Positions 43,857 to 53,144 of a stretch of DNA of 64,000 nt are shown piece after piece. The notes below the pieces were generated by a model. It searched no databases. It saw nothing but the letters and a program-made list of their open reading frames with translations, and was not told the DNA's origin. Where the stretch lies: NCBI GenBank assembly GCA_965552055.1, contig CBEVQO010000008.1, forward strand, positions 1 to 64,000, in the 5' to 3' direction. A program made the position numbers and the translations under genes. Numbering within the stretch: position 1 is the stretch's first letter; every line of letters starts with the position of its first letter. This DNA comes from an uncultured bacterium. Its GTDB lineage: Bacteria > Hydrothermota > UBA3073 > NMUJ01 > CBEVQO01.

Positions 43857-44096
43857 TTATAAATATTTAAATGCATCTTTGTATTTTTTGCCGAAAAGGC
43901 GTATCATTAAATCCTTTTGTGCCTCCTCAATGGATGAGAAAAGATAAACACCTGATTTATACGGATTTTTTATAAATTTTTCGCTATGACGAGCCATTTC
44001 GAGTGCTAATTTTATTACATCTTCTCTTTTCATTTTATAAAATTCCTTATACATGTCAATGCGCGCTAACAAAAATGAGTCAAAAAACTTAATCAT
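43857..44096 (-). CDS. Small hypothetical partner of the nucleotidyltransferase
   Basis: Overlaps the upstream gene end; YKSGVYLFSSIEEAQ. Confidence 0.65.
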   Translation of the reverse strand: MIKFFDSFLLARIDMYKEFYKMKREDVIKLALEMARHSEKFIKNPYKSGVYLFSSIEEAQKDLMIRLFGKKYKDAFKYL

Positions 44097-44568
44097 TTTT
44101 GCTTAAATACTCTTTCCTGCCAATTAAAAAAAGCAAATCTTTTTTGTCCTGCTCTCTTACTGTCTTTTTTGTTTCAATAAGGTCATCGAGCCCTGCGACT
44201 TTCACTTCTTCATCATTCACTTTCATAATTTCTGCATTTTTTATTAATTTTTCATATGTTATATCGGCAATGCGGGGTAGCAAATCTATATAAAAATTCT
44301 TATCGGTTCCTATTCTTATAACTCCCTTTTTTCTGTCATATTCTTTTAATAAATCAAAATTTAATTCTTCAATTTCAGGCACAATGTCTTTAAGGGCTTT
44401 TTTTATATTTTCTATATTCTCCCGTGATACTTCGATCACAAAGTCAATGTCCATTGTTTCTCTAGGTAAACCGTGCAAAATTACAGCACATCCTCCTACG
44501 AGCACATATTTTACTTTATTTTTATTAAAACGACGGCATATTTCAGGCAAATGTAAGAAAGCACTCAC
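44089..44568 (-). CDS. Nucleotidyltransferase (DUF6036/AbiEii-like)
   Basis: YVLVGGCAVILHGLPRETMDIDF, DLIETK..REQDKKD; GTG start 4 nt after -10. Confidence 0.85.
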   Translation of the reverse strand: MSAFLHLPEICRRFNKNKVKYVLVGGCAVILHGLPRETMDIDFVIEVSRENIENIKKALKDIVPEIEELNFDLLKEYDRKKGVIRIGTDKNFYIDLLPRIADITYEKLIKNAEIMKVNDEEVKVAGLDDLIETKKTVREQDKKDLLFLIGRKEYLSKND

Positions 44569-44572
44569 TTCA

Positions 44573-44628
44573 ATTATAATTAACATTTTTAATTTGTCAA
44601 CTTGACATTTGGGGATTTTGACTAAAAA
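44573..44628. promoter_or_regulatory. Back-to-back divergent promoters around TGTCAA-C-TTGACA (minus N16-TATAAT; plus N15-TAAAAA)
   Basis: Direct motif matches; start codons lie 4-5 nt from each -10. Confidence 0.72.
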
Positions 44629-44633
44629 CAGAG

Positions 44634-45059
44634 ATGGAGATAATTCTTGTGAGTGCGTGTATTATGGGATTGAAGACAAGGTATGATGGTGAGGAATCAA
44701 AAGTAAAGTTTAATCCGCCTGCTGATTGCATTCCCATCCCGATTTGTCCAGAGCAGATGGGAGGACTGCCTACTCCCCGTCCAAAGATGACCCTGCTAAA
44801 CAGAGCAGAAGAAATTTTGAAAGGCAAAGGTAAAGCGATAAATACAGAAGGAAAAGATGTAACCCAAAATTTAATAAGAGGAGCAGAAGAAGTTTTGAAA
44901 ATAGCAAAGATGTTAAACATTAAAAAAGCGATTTTGAAAGACGGAAGTCCTTCGTGCGGTGTCATGCATACAAATATAAATTGGGAAAGAGTCAAAGGAA
45001 AAGGCATCACAGCATTACTCCTTGAAAAAAACGGAATAAAAATAGAAACTATTGGTTGA
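44634..45059 (+). CDS. DUF523-family (2-thiouracil desulfurase-like) protein
   Basis: ILVSAC..G..RYDG, CPEQMGGLPTPR, LKDGSPSCG. Confidence 0.92.
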   Translation: MEIILVSACIMGLKTRYDGEESKVKFNPPADCIPIPICPEQMGGLPTPRPKMTLLNRAEEILKGKGKAINTEGKDVTQNLIRGAEEVLKIAKMLNIKKAILKDGSPSCGVMHTNINWERVKGKGITALLLEKNGIKIETIG

Positions 45060-45082
45060 CAAAGGAAAAACTTCGTTAAAAT
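45056..45082 (+). promoter_or_regulatory. Promoter TTGACA-N15-TAAAAT; -35 contains the DUF523 stop
   Basis: Direct motif match; GTG 6 nt after -10. Confidence 0.78.
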
Positions 45083-45088
45083 AATATT

Positions 45089-46090
45089 GTGATTAAAACA
45101 GTTGAAATAAAAAATTTTAAGTCTATAGATAGAATTGTGTTACAATGTAAAAAGATAAATGTTTTTATAGGAGAACCAAACACAGGTAAATCCAATATCC
45201 TTGAAGCTCTTGGTTTATACACCTATATGGCAGTTGATGATAATGAGAAACGAAGAATCGGAGCATTTTTCCGGGGGGAAAAATTGATGTTTTTATTTAA
45301 GAACAATGATAAAGGCAAAACTATAAGCGTAAAATGTGACGATAAAGATTTGACTTTTAATTATGACGCTCACACCAAGTTATATATTTTAAGGTTAAAG
45401 GAAGAAAAACCTTTTTATAGTGAAGAAATTTATTGTGTGGAATTAGAAGAAGAAGGGATTGTTCGCCAAGCGACTACGCCGCTACCAAATTACTTAATTA
45501 AATTTTACCGTTATATACCGAGAAGTGTATTCCCTCGAGAAGAAACAGATTTTTTATTACCAATTGATGGTGATAATATGTTAGCAATTATAAAGAATGA
45601 CAAGAAAATACAGGAATTTGTAAAAGATGTTTTAGAAAAGTTTAATTTAAAAATGGTGCTAAGACCACATGAGTATTTAATTGAGATTCATCCCAAAACT
45701 CAAAAAGAAGAAATAATAACCGAATATTATCCTTATTCTTTACTATCCGATACTCTTCAGAGGTATATATTTATTTCTATAGCAATATTGTCAAATAAGC
45801 AATCAGTCTTATTGTTTGAAGAACCAGAAGCTCATGCCTTTCCTTATTATACAAAGCAGATTTCTGAGCTAATAGCGAATGACGAAAATAATCAGTTCTT
45901 TATTACTACACATAACCCTCTTTTCTTAATGCGATTACTGGAAAAAAGTAAAAAATCAGATATAAATGTTTTTTTGACTTTTATAGAGAAGGATTCCACC
46001 AAAGTTAAAGCCCTTTCGGAAAAAGAAAAAGAAAAAATATTAGACGAAAGTTTTTCGTTTTTCTTTAATCTTAATAAATTAATTTTATGA
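45089..46090 (+). CDS. AAA_15/AAA_21-type ABC ATPase
   Basis: IKNFKSI, GEPNTGKS, LLFEEPEAH, ITTHNP. Confidence 0.9.
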   Translation: MIKTVEIKNFKSIDRIVLQCKKINVFIGEPNTGKSNILEALGLYTYMAVDDNEKRRIGAFFRGEKLMFLFKNNDKGKTISVKCDDKDLTFNYDAHTKLYILRLKEEKPFYSEEIYCVELEEEGIVRQATTPLPNYLIKFYRYIPRSVFPREETDFLLPIDGDNMLAIIKNDKKIQEFVKDVLEKFNLKMVLRPHEYLIEIHPKTQKEEIITEYYPYSLLSDTLQRYIFISIAILSNKQSVLLFEEPEAHAFPYYTKQISELIANDENNQFFITTHNPLFLMRLLEKSKKSDINVFLTFIEKDSTKVKALSEKEKEKILDESFSFFFNLNKLIL

Positions 46091-46549
46091 TAATAAAAGT
46101 TGAAAACACATCTCATCGAGTGATATTAATGAGTTTAGGCTTTCAATATGAACAAATAGAAGAGGAAGGGCCAAAAAGTGAGGTTATAAAAGCGGTCTTC
46201 AAATGTAAAGCGAATTATGGAGTAATAGATGAAGACCCACAGGGCACTAAACCGAGTTATTATCGACATTTCCACAAAATTAGACAAATTGATGATAAAC
46301 ATTTTGCAAATGAAAGACGCTAATAAATATTTGATAGAATTATCTCCTTTTGCTGAAAAATGGCTTATTAGACTCGTTGAAAAATGTGAAATGAATCCTA
46401 TTCACTATTTCGGAATAAATAATTGGAGGGAATTAAAACATAAAATTAAAAATAAGCCCGATTTCATTATAAATAAATTAAAAAAATTAACGCAGGAAGG
46501 TAAATTAAAGGTTTTCGATGAAATTAAAAAGTTTTTAAAGTTAGGCTAG
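46087..46549 (+). pseudogene. Frameshifted partner of the ATPase (TOPRIM-like DED motif)
   Basis: 46087..46323 (GVIDEDP) and the overlapping frame ending 46549 (LSPFAEKWL) look like halves of one gene. Confidence 0.65.
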
Positions 46550-48087
46550 CTCAATACTTCTTTTAAAGCTTCGGGGATTTTTTCCATTACATCTGATGCT
46601 ATTACCGAATATTCTGTTTTTTCTTTGCTTGCGAGTTCGCCTGCGAGCCCATGTAGATAAACCCCACAAAGCGCTGCTTCAAACGGCTTTAAGCCCTGTG
46701 CAAGTAAACCTGCAATCATACCCGTAAGCACATCACCTGTTCCACCCGAAGCAAGCCCTGAATTACCTGTCAGGTTCATATACAAATCGCCTGAGGGTGA
46801 TGCAATTATTGTCGGTGCTCCTTTTAAAGCCACCACTATTCCTGTTTCTTTCGCAACTCTTTCTGCAATGTCAACCCTGTTTTTATTTATCTCATCAACT
46901 GACATATTTATAAGGCGCGATAATTCACCGGGATGAGGTGTTATCACTATGTTTTTTCCATTTAATTTTTTGATATCTTCATAGGTCAAATTATTTAGTC
47001 CATCCGCATCTATCACCGCAGGTTTTTCTATTTCAAAAATTATTTTTGTTATAATTTCGTGAAGCTCTTCATGTCGTCCGAGTCCAGGTCCTATTGCAAG
47101 CACATCGCACTTTTCAGCCCATAAGAGAAGGGTATCAAGCGCTTTTATGCTTAAAATTTTTTTATCTGTCTCGGGTAAGGGAATGGTTATAACTTCTTTT
47201 AAAAGGGATTCCAAAATTTGGTTTAAACTCTGGGGTATCGCAAGATAGCATAAACCTGCACCTATTTTTAAGCAAGATAGAGATGTGAGAGAAGCTGCTC
47301 CTGTCATGCCAATAGAACCCGCTATAACGAGCACTTTCCCGAATGTGCCTTTGTGGGAGAATTGAGGACGATGGGGTAATAAAAGTTTTACATTTTCTTT
47401 TTCTATCGTTTCAAGTTTTATTTTCTTGTATAAAGATTTCGGCACTTCTATATCCACAATGTGTATCTCTCCTGCGTAATCTCTTCCCGGGAAAAGGTAA
47501 AGCCCTCTTTTCGGCACCCCCATAGTGCAGGTATAGTTTGCTTTGACACATGCACCTTCTACCTGTCCGTTATAACAATTTAAGCCAGATGGCACATCAA
47601 CAGCGATAACAGGTACTCCTGATTCATTTATTGCATTTATTGTAAGTTCATAAACACCCGAAGGTTTTCCTTTAAATCCTGTTCCAAATATTGCATCAAC
47701 GATAAGGTCAAAATATCTAAAACTTTCTGCAAATTCAAGCACATCGTGTTCTGAAGCAAGTTCATTAATATCTACTTTCATCTTTTCGAGTATATTAAGA
47801 TTTACTTTTGCTGCTCCTTTTACCTCTTCTTTTTTGCATAGCAAAAAGACAGTGGGTGATGCATTACGGTTTATGAGGTGGCGTGCAACAACAAGCCCAT
47901 CGCCCCCGTTATTGCCTTTGCCACATACAATCGCAACCTTCAATCCATCGAGTGATTTAAAAATTTTTTCAATGAGATGAGTAACCCCTCTTCCAGCATT
48001 TTCCATCATTACTTCAACGGGAATGCCTATCTCTTCGGACGCAATCCTGTCTATTATTCTCATCTCATCTGGTGTGGCTACTTTCAT
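46546..48087 (-). CDS. nnr: Bifunctional NAD(P)H-hydrate epimerase/dehydratase
   Basis: MENAG, GKGNNGGDG, HKGTFG, TPHPGE, GGTGDVLTG. Confidence 0.95.
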   Translation of the reverse strand: MKVATPDEMRIIDRIASEEIGIPVEVMMENAGRGVTHLIEKIFKSLDGLKVAIVCGKGNNGGDGLVVARHLINRNASPTVFLLCKKEEVKGAAKVNLNILEKMKVDINELASEHDVLEFAESFRYFDLIVDAIFGTGFKGKPSGVYELTINAINESGVPVIAVDVPSGLNCYNGQVEGACVKANYTCTMGVPKRGLYLFPGRDYAGEIHIVDIEVPKSLYKKIKLETIEKENVKLLLPHRPQFSHKGTFGKVLVIAGSIGMTGAASLTSLSCLKIGAGLCYLAIPQSLNQILESLLKEVITIPLPETDKKILSIKALDTLLLWAEKCDVLAIGPGLGRHEELHEIITKIIFEIEKPAVIDADGLNNLTYEDIKKLNGKNIVITPHPGELSRLINMSVDEINKNRVDIAERVAKETGIVVALKGAPTIIASPSGDLYMNLTGNSGLASGGTGDVLTGMIAGLLAQGLKPFEAALCGVYLHGLAGELASKEKTEYSVIASDVMEKIPEALKEVLS

Positions 48088-48093
48088 CTTACT

Positions 48094-48120
48094 ATTTTAA
48101 TTACTTTATGGAAAAGTCAA
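48094..48120 (-). promoter_or_regulatory. Promoter TTGACT-N15-TAAAAT, 6 nt before nnr ATG
   Basis: Direct motif match; -35 contains the upstream TGA. Confidence 0.78.
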
Positions 48121-48707
48121 TCTTTTTCTTCTTTTTCAATAATTTTTAAAATTTTTTCTTTAAGAACGGGAATTTCTTCTTTTACTATTTGCCATATTTT
48201 TTCGTAATCAATGTCATTATATTTTTTCCAATCCACTTCCGGATAATTATTGCGAAATTCCGAAGGTAATCTTTTTACTGCTTCGCCAATTATTTCCAGA
48301 CATCTTTCAACAGCTCTTTTATATCGCCAATCTGAGTAAAACTCATCTTCTGTGATTTCTTGTAAGATTGAAATCAAATTTTCTGCTTCTTCTACTATTT
48401 GTTTTAAATATAAAATACACCTCTCTTTCATGCTGACCTCCTTTTCGAGGATTAATCTACGCTTATCGGGATTCATTTTCTGAACTTCTTTCCATGTTAA
48501 TAAGTCAATCTTAGTTTTAAATAAATCCTCGAGAAAAGTATAAAGTGCGAGCCAATTTTTATAATTTTCTTTATCTTCCTCAAATACTGCGATTAAATCT
48601 ATATCACTTGCAGAGCTTTGCTTACCCTTTGCATAAGAGCCAAATAAAATAAATTTTTTGACGCCCAATTTTTTCCATTCTTTTTCGTTTTCTTTTAACT
48701 TTCTCAT
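48117..48707 (-). CDS. MNT + DUF86 (HepT-like) in-frame fusion lacking the RNase motif
   Basis: LFGSYAKG..SDIDL; AVERCLEIIGEAVK; no R-x4-H between WKK and Y. Confidence 0.8.
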   Translation of the reverse strand: MRKLKENEKEWKKLGVKKFILFGSYAKGKQSSASDIDLIAVFEEDKENYKNWLALYTFLEDLFKTKIDLLTWKEVQKMNPDKRRLILEKEVSMKERCILYLKQIVEEAENLISILQEITEDEFYSDWRYKRAVERCLEIIGEAVKRLPSEFRNNYPEVDWKKYNDIDYEKIWQIVKEEIPVLKEKILKIIEKEEKD

Positions 48708-48722
48708 TATTTCTTTTTTTGG

Positions 48723-49499
48723 TCAGCATTTTTCCACCACTGCAAAGGCATTATGGTTGTGGATGCTTTCGAGTGCTTCTACTTCTATTCTGTACCATTC
48801 TATTTCTTTTATTTTATTGAGTTTTAATGCGAGATTTCTTGCCACATCTTCAACGAATGCAGGATTATCATAAGCCATTTCTGTTACAAATTTTTCGTCT
48901 TCTCTTTTCAACAAAGAATAGACAGGTGCAGAACCAGATTCTTCCGCAAGTTTTATCAAATCTTCAAGCCATACAAATTCTTTTGGACTTCTGAGTTTGA
49001 CTTTTATTTTTACATAGGCACGCTGATTGTGAGCACCTTTTTCTGATATCTCTTTTGAACAGGGACAAACTGTTTGAATGGGAACCGTAACTTCGACCAT
49101 TAAATGCTTTCCTTCTTTGTCAATGCTTCCTATAAATTTACAATCATATTTCATCATTGATTTTATGTGTGATACCGGTGCTTCTTTTTCTATAAAATAC
49201 GGGAAAGAGATTTCAAGATGGGCGGATTCTGCGTTTAATCTTTCTTTTAATTTTTTCAGGATGTTAAATACATTCCACATTGCTATACCTTCTCTTTCTT
49301 CATTTAAAACTTCAATAAACCTGCTCATATGAGTTCCTCTGTATTCTTTTGGCAAATTTACAGATAAAGTTAATTTTGCTACGGTAAACTGGCTTTTTGA
49401 TTTTTTATCAAAAACCCTTATTGGATAAGTTAAACCTTTTACTCCAACTTGCTTTATTTCAATGTTCCTTAAATCCCTCTCTTTTTGAATATCCCTCAT
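48723..49499 (-). CDS. folE2: GTP cyclohydrolase IB
   Basis: GTHMSRF, CPCSK, AHNQR, ESIHNHNA. Confidence 0.96.
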   Translation of the reverse strand: MRDIQKERDLRNIEIKQVGVKGLTYPIRVFDKKSKSQFTVAKLTLSVNLPKEYRGTHMSRFIEVLNEEREGIAMWNVFNILKKLKERLNAESAHLEISFPYFIEKEAPVSHIKSMMKYDCKFIGSIDKEGKHLMVEVTVPIQTVCPCSKEISEKGAHNQRAYVKIKVKLRSPKEFVWLEDLIKLAEESGSAPVYSLLKREDEKFVTEMAYDNPAFVEDVARNLALKLNKIKEIEWYRIEVEALESIHNHNAFAVVEKC

Positions 49500-49606
49500 T
49501 TACAATTTCCTTATTATTTTTACGGGTACTCTTATTGCCATAAATTTTTTCTCTTAAATGTGAAGGATAAAATCTACCCAAATATCCCAAAAATTTCCTC
49601 ACTTTT

Positions 49607-49634
49607 ATTCTAATTATTTTTCTTTATTTGTCAA
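49607..49634 (-). promoter_or_regulatory. Promoter TTGACA-N16-TAGAAT upstream of folE2
   Basis: Direct motif match. Confidence 0.6.
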
Positions 49635-50942
49635 GTTCAACTTTCTTCTTTTTGATATGTGACTTCGATAGGAAATCTGTATTAAGAGAGTTGGTATTGA
49701 TAGCATATTTTTCTTTATCATTCTCCATATTCTTTTTGTTATTCTTTTCAAGGAGTAAAAAGTATCCCATGCCCAATCTGTTCCTTCCTGTAATTCTTCA
49801 GGTGTCATTTTTGCAGGTTTATAAACTACATTGCCGATTGTATATTTTTCCCAATTTTCTGTCAATATTCTTCCTTCTTTTTTCAGGCGATTATAGAGGT
49901 TTGTCCCCGGGAATGGCGTCAGTATGCCGAATTGCGCTGCATCAACCCCCACTTTGTCAGCAAATTCAACAGTCCTGTAAAATACCGATTTATCATCACT
50001 ATCAAATCCAAATATAAATGCACCTTCTATTGCTATCCCGTAATCATGAAAAACTTTAATATATTCTTTGAATTGATGGGGTTTTATAAAAGATTTGTGT
50101 GCTTCTTTTAAAGATTCGGTTGATATTGATTCTAATCCACAGAATAATACTTTGCAACCTGATTTAGCCATTAATTCTACCAGTTTTCTATTTCTCGCAA
50201 CATTTATCGTTGCCTGACCTCCCCACCATATTTTTAGTGGTATCATTTCTTTACATAATTTTTCGGTATAAGAAGGAACTGCTGCGATGTTGTCATCGAT
50301 GAATGCAAAAATTTTTGACCTTAAAGAATTTCCCCTTAAGCTTTCGATTTCTTTGATAACATCTTTTACTGGTCGCAATCTATATTTTGCACCGAAAAAT
50401 TTTGTAACTGTGCAGAAATCACATGCATGAGGACAGCCCCTTGATACCTGAATTGTGTTATTTATTACATATTTTTTGAGTTTCAATAAGTCTCTGCGGG
50501 GCTCAGGTAGATTTTCAAGATGCATCCTTTTATTTGCTTTATAAAATTTTTGTAATTTGCCTTTTTTGAAATCGTCAATTATTTTGTGCCAGACAGGTTC
50601 TGCTTCGCCGATTACCACAGCATCGGCATATTTTGCTGCTTCTTCAGGTAAGGCAGATGCATGTATTCCACCGATGATTACTTTTGCTCCTCTTTTTCTG
50701 AATTCTTTTGCAAGCGAATAAGCACGGGGTGCCTGTGCTGTCATGCAGGTTATACCAACAAGGTCTGGTACATCATCCGGGTTTACATCTTCAATATTTT
50801 CGTCAATAATTTTTACTTCTATATCTTTTGGGGTTAATGCTGCAATTATTGGCATATTCAAAGGAGGCCATTTAAATGCCAGTCCTAATTTCTTTCTTGC
50901 TTTTTCGTCTTCCCAAGTGGGGACGATAAGGTATAATCGCAT
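49614..50942 (-). CDS. B12-binding radical SAM protein
   Basis: GGIHAS, SRGCPHACDFC, TPFPGT. Confidence 0.92.
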   Translation of the reverse strand: MRLYLIVPTWEDEKARKKLGLAFKWPPLNMPIIAALTPKDIEVKIIDENIEDVNPDDVPDLVGITCMTAQAPRAYSLAKEFRKRGAKVIIGGIHASALPEEAAKYADAVVIGEAEPVWHKIIDDFKKGKLQKFYKANKRMHLENLPEPRRDLLKLKKYVINNTIQVSRGCPHACDFCTVTKFFGAKYRLRPVKDVIKEIESLRGNSLRSKIFAFIDDNIAAVPSYTEKLCKEMIPLKIWWGGQATINVARNRKLVELMAKSGCKVLFCGLESISTESLKEAHKSFIKPHQFKEYIKVFHDYGIAIEGAFIFGFDSDDKSVFYRTVEFADKVGVDAAQFGILTPFPGTNLYNRLKKEGRILTENWEKYTIGNVVYKPAKMTPEELQEGTDWAWDTFYSLKRITKRIWRMIKKNMLSIPTLLIQISYRSHISKRRKLNLTNKEK

Positions 50943-52897
50943 TAAACCGCCATTTTGGTCATATCTTTCAGCTGGTCATCGCGCAGGTTGCGCTGCTGAC
51001 AGGCACCTGACGGACAACCAGCGATACATGAGCCACATCCTTCACATAATATTTCTTCGACTTTGGCGATTTTCTTTCCTTCTTTTTCTATCAATTCCCT
51101 TGCACCATAGGGACATAGTGATACACAAATTCCGCATCCGGAGCACAATTCTTCATCAACATAGGCAACAATTGGCTCATGAACTAATTCTTTTTGACCG
51201 AACATTTCGAGAACTTTTGAAGCAGCAGCTGATGCCTGTGTAACGGTATCAGGGATGTCTTTGGGTGCCTGAGCTGCTCCAACAAAGAAAAATCCGGCAT
51301 TTAGTGACTCAACTGGACGGAGTTTTGGGTGTGCTTCCTGTAAGAAGCCATTTGCATCCGTTTGTAAGCGTAATTTTTCAACGATTTCGCGTGTGCCCTG
51401 TGATGGAACTACAGCCATCGCAAGCACTACAAGGTCGCATCTAACTTCAATTTGCTCACCAGTAAGAGTATCCGCACCCACCACCACAAGTTCGCCATTA
51501 TCTTCGTAAATTTTGGCAACCTTGCCTCTTATGTAAAGTACTTTATCTTCTCTTTGAGCCCTTTCATAAAATTCCTCATAACCTTTGCCAGCTGCTCTTA
51601 CATCGATGTAGAAAATAATGGCTTCGCCATCAGGCACTCTATGTTTATAAAGCATTGCATGTTTTGTCATATACATACAGCATATTTTTGAGCAGTAAGG
51701 AAGATGGTTATCAGGGTCCCTTGAGCCACAGCATCCCACAAACACCACTCTTTTTGGTATTTTCCCATCAGAAGGTCTCCTTACTTCACCGCCTGTCGGT
51801 CCAGAAGCAGAAAGTAACCTCTCGAATTGCAATCCATTTATAACATCTTTAATTTTGCCACCCCCATATTCTGGTAATTTCTCCATCGGATAAAGGTCAT
51901 ATCCTGTTGCAACTATCACAGCACCCACCTCTTCTTCTACAATCTGGTCTTCTTCATCAAAATTTATTGCATCAAAAGGACAAACTTTTTCACAAATCCT
52001 GCATTTACCTGTTTTAAAGTAAAGACAATTATCTTTGTCTATTACAGGACGATTTGGAACTGCTTGGGGAAAAGGCACATAAATTGCTTTCCTGGTTGCT
52101 AATCCCATTTCAAACTCTGATGGCACTTTTGTTGGGCATTTTTCCGTGCATAAGCCACAACCTGTACATTTTTTCCAGTCAACATAACTCGCTTTTAAAC
52201 GAATTTTCGCTTTGAAATTGCCCACATATCCCGATATTTCTTCAACTTCTGCGTAGTTGTAAAGTTTGATGTTGGGATGCTGTGCTACTTCTACCATCTT
52301 TGGAGTTAAAATACATTGCGAGCAGTCAAGAGTAGGGAAGGTTTCAGATAATTGAGCCATTCTTCCTCCGATAGATGGTGATTTTTCCACCAGTATGACT
52401 TCGTATCCTGCATTTGCAATATCAAGCGATGCCTGAATTCCTGCGATACCTCCACCTATAACGAGAGCCCTTTTTGTTATGCCAACTCCAATCTTTTCAA
52501 GAGGTTCATTTCCTGCTACTTTTTTCACAATCGTTTTCACTATTTTTATGGCTTTTTGAGTTGCTTTCTCTTTATCAACATGCACCCAGCTGCACTGCTC
52601 CCTTATATTTGCTATTTCGCACAGGTAAGGGTTTAGTCCAGCAGATTCTACCACTCTTCTGAATGTATTCTCATGCAAAGTCGGTGAGCATGCGGCAATC
52701 ACAACAGCATCAAGATTCTTTTCTTTTATCCTTTTTTTGATGAGTTCCTGTCCCGGGTCGGAGCACATATATCTGTAATCCTCTGCATGCACTACTTCGG
52801 GCATTTTCGCAATCTCTTCGGCTACTCTTTTAACATCAACCGTTCCCGCGATGTTTATCCCGCAATGACAGACGAAAACCCCGATTCTCTCAGGCAT
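50942..52897 (-). CDS. hdrA: Heterodisulfide reductase subunit A-like flavoprotein
   Basis: GVFVCHCG, NIREQCSWVH, GGGIAG, TFPTLDCSQCIL, ferredoxin motifs. Confidence 0.92.
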   Translation of the reverse strand: MPERIGVFVCHCGINIAGTVDVKRVAEEIAKMPEVVHAEDYRYMCSDPGQELIKKRIKEKNLDAVVIAACSPTLHENTFRRVVESAGLNPYLCEIANIREQCSWVHVDKEKATQKAIKIVKTIVKKVAGNEPLEKIGVGITKRALVIGGGIAGIQASLDIANAGYEVILVEKSPSIGGRMAQLSETFPTLDCSQCILTPKMVEVAQHPNIKLYNYAEVEEISGYVGNFKAKIRLKASYVDWKKCTGCGLCTEKCPTKVPSEFEMGLATRKAIYVPFPQAVPNRPVIDKDNCLYFKTGKCRICEKVCPFDAINFDEEDQIVEEEVGAVIVATGYDLYPMEKLPEYGGGKIKDVINGLQFERLLSASGPTGGEVRRPSDGKIPKRVVFVGCCGSRDPDNHLPYCSKICCMYMTKHAMLYKHRVPDGEAIIFYIDVRAAGKGYEEFYERAQREDKVLYIRGKVAKIYEDNGELVVVGADTLTGEQIEVRCDLVVLAMAVVPSQGTREIVEKLRLQTDANGFLQEAHPKLRPVESLNAGFFFVGAAQAPKDIPDTVTQASAAASKVLEMFGQKELVHEPIVAYVDEELCSGCGICVSLCPYGARELIEKEGKKIAKVEEILCEGCGSCIAGCPSGACQQRNLRDDQLKDMTKMAV

Positions 52898-52914
52898 AAT
52901 CCCTCCTGACTTTT

Positions 52915-52941
52915 ATTATAACCCAATATTATCATTGTCAA
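52915..52941 (-). promoter_or_regulatory. Promoter TTGACA-N15-TATAAT
   Basis: Direct motif match; SD GGAGGG downstream. Confidence 0.78.
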
Positions 52942-52964
52942 GTGATAAAAAATTTTTTAATAAT

Positions 52965-53031
52965 TTTTAATGCGAGCGTAAGCGAGCATGTTACATATGG
53001 GCTGTAGGGTGGCGGGGACAGGGGGCGGACA
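52965..53031 (+). repeat. Dispersed GC-rich element, copy 3 (short)
   Basis: TTTTAATGCGAGCGTAAGCGAGC..TTACATATGGGCTGTAGG..GGCGGGGACAGGGGGCG. Confidence 0.8.
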
Positions 53032-53144
53032 AAAATTTTCTTGACATATTCATTATGTGATTATTTAAAAAGAAGGGGCTATGTGTAAGTTAATTTCGGG
53101 GTGTGATTTTCTTGAAACATAACAACCTCAAAGGGCAAGATATT

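Noticed and set aside
49460..49602. 47-codon leaderless ORF upstream of folE2
   Set aside because: GTG is well placed, but the peptide has no recognisable features and overlaps folE2 out of frame
50942..52897. hdrA as evidence of methanogenesis
   Set aside because: HdrA-like flavoproteins are widespread in anaerobic bacteria; no hdrBC or mcr genes here
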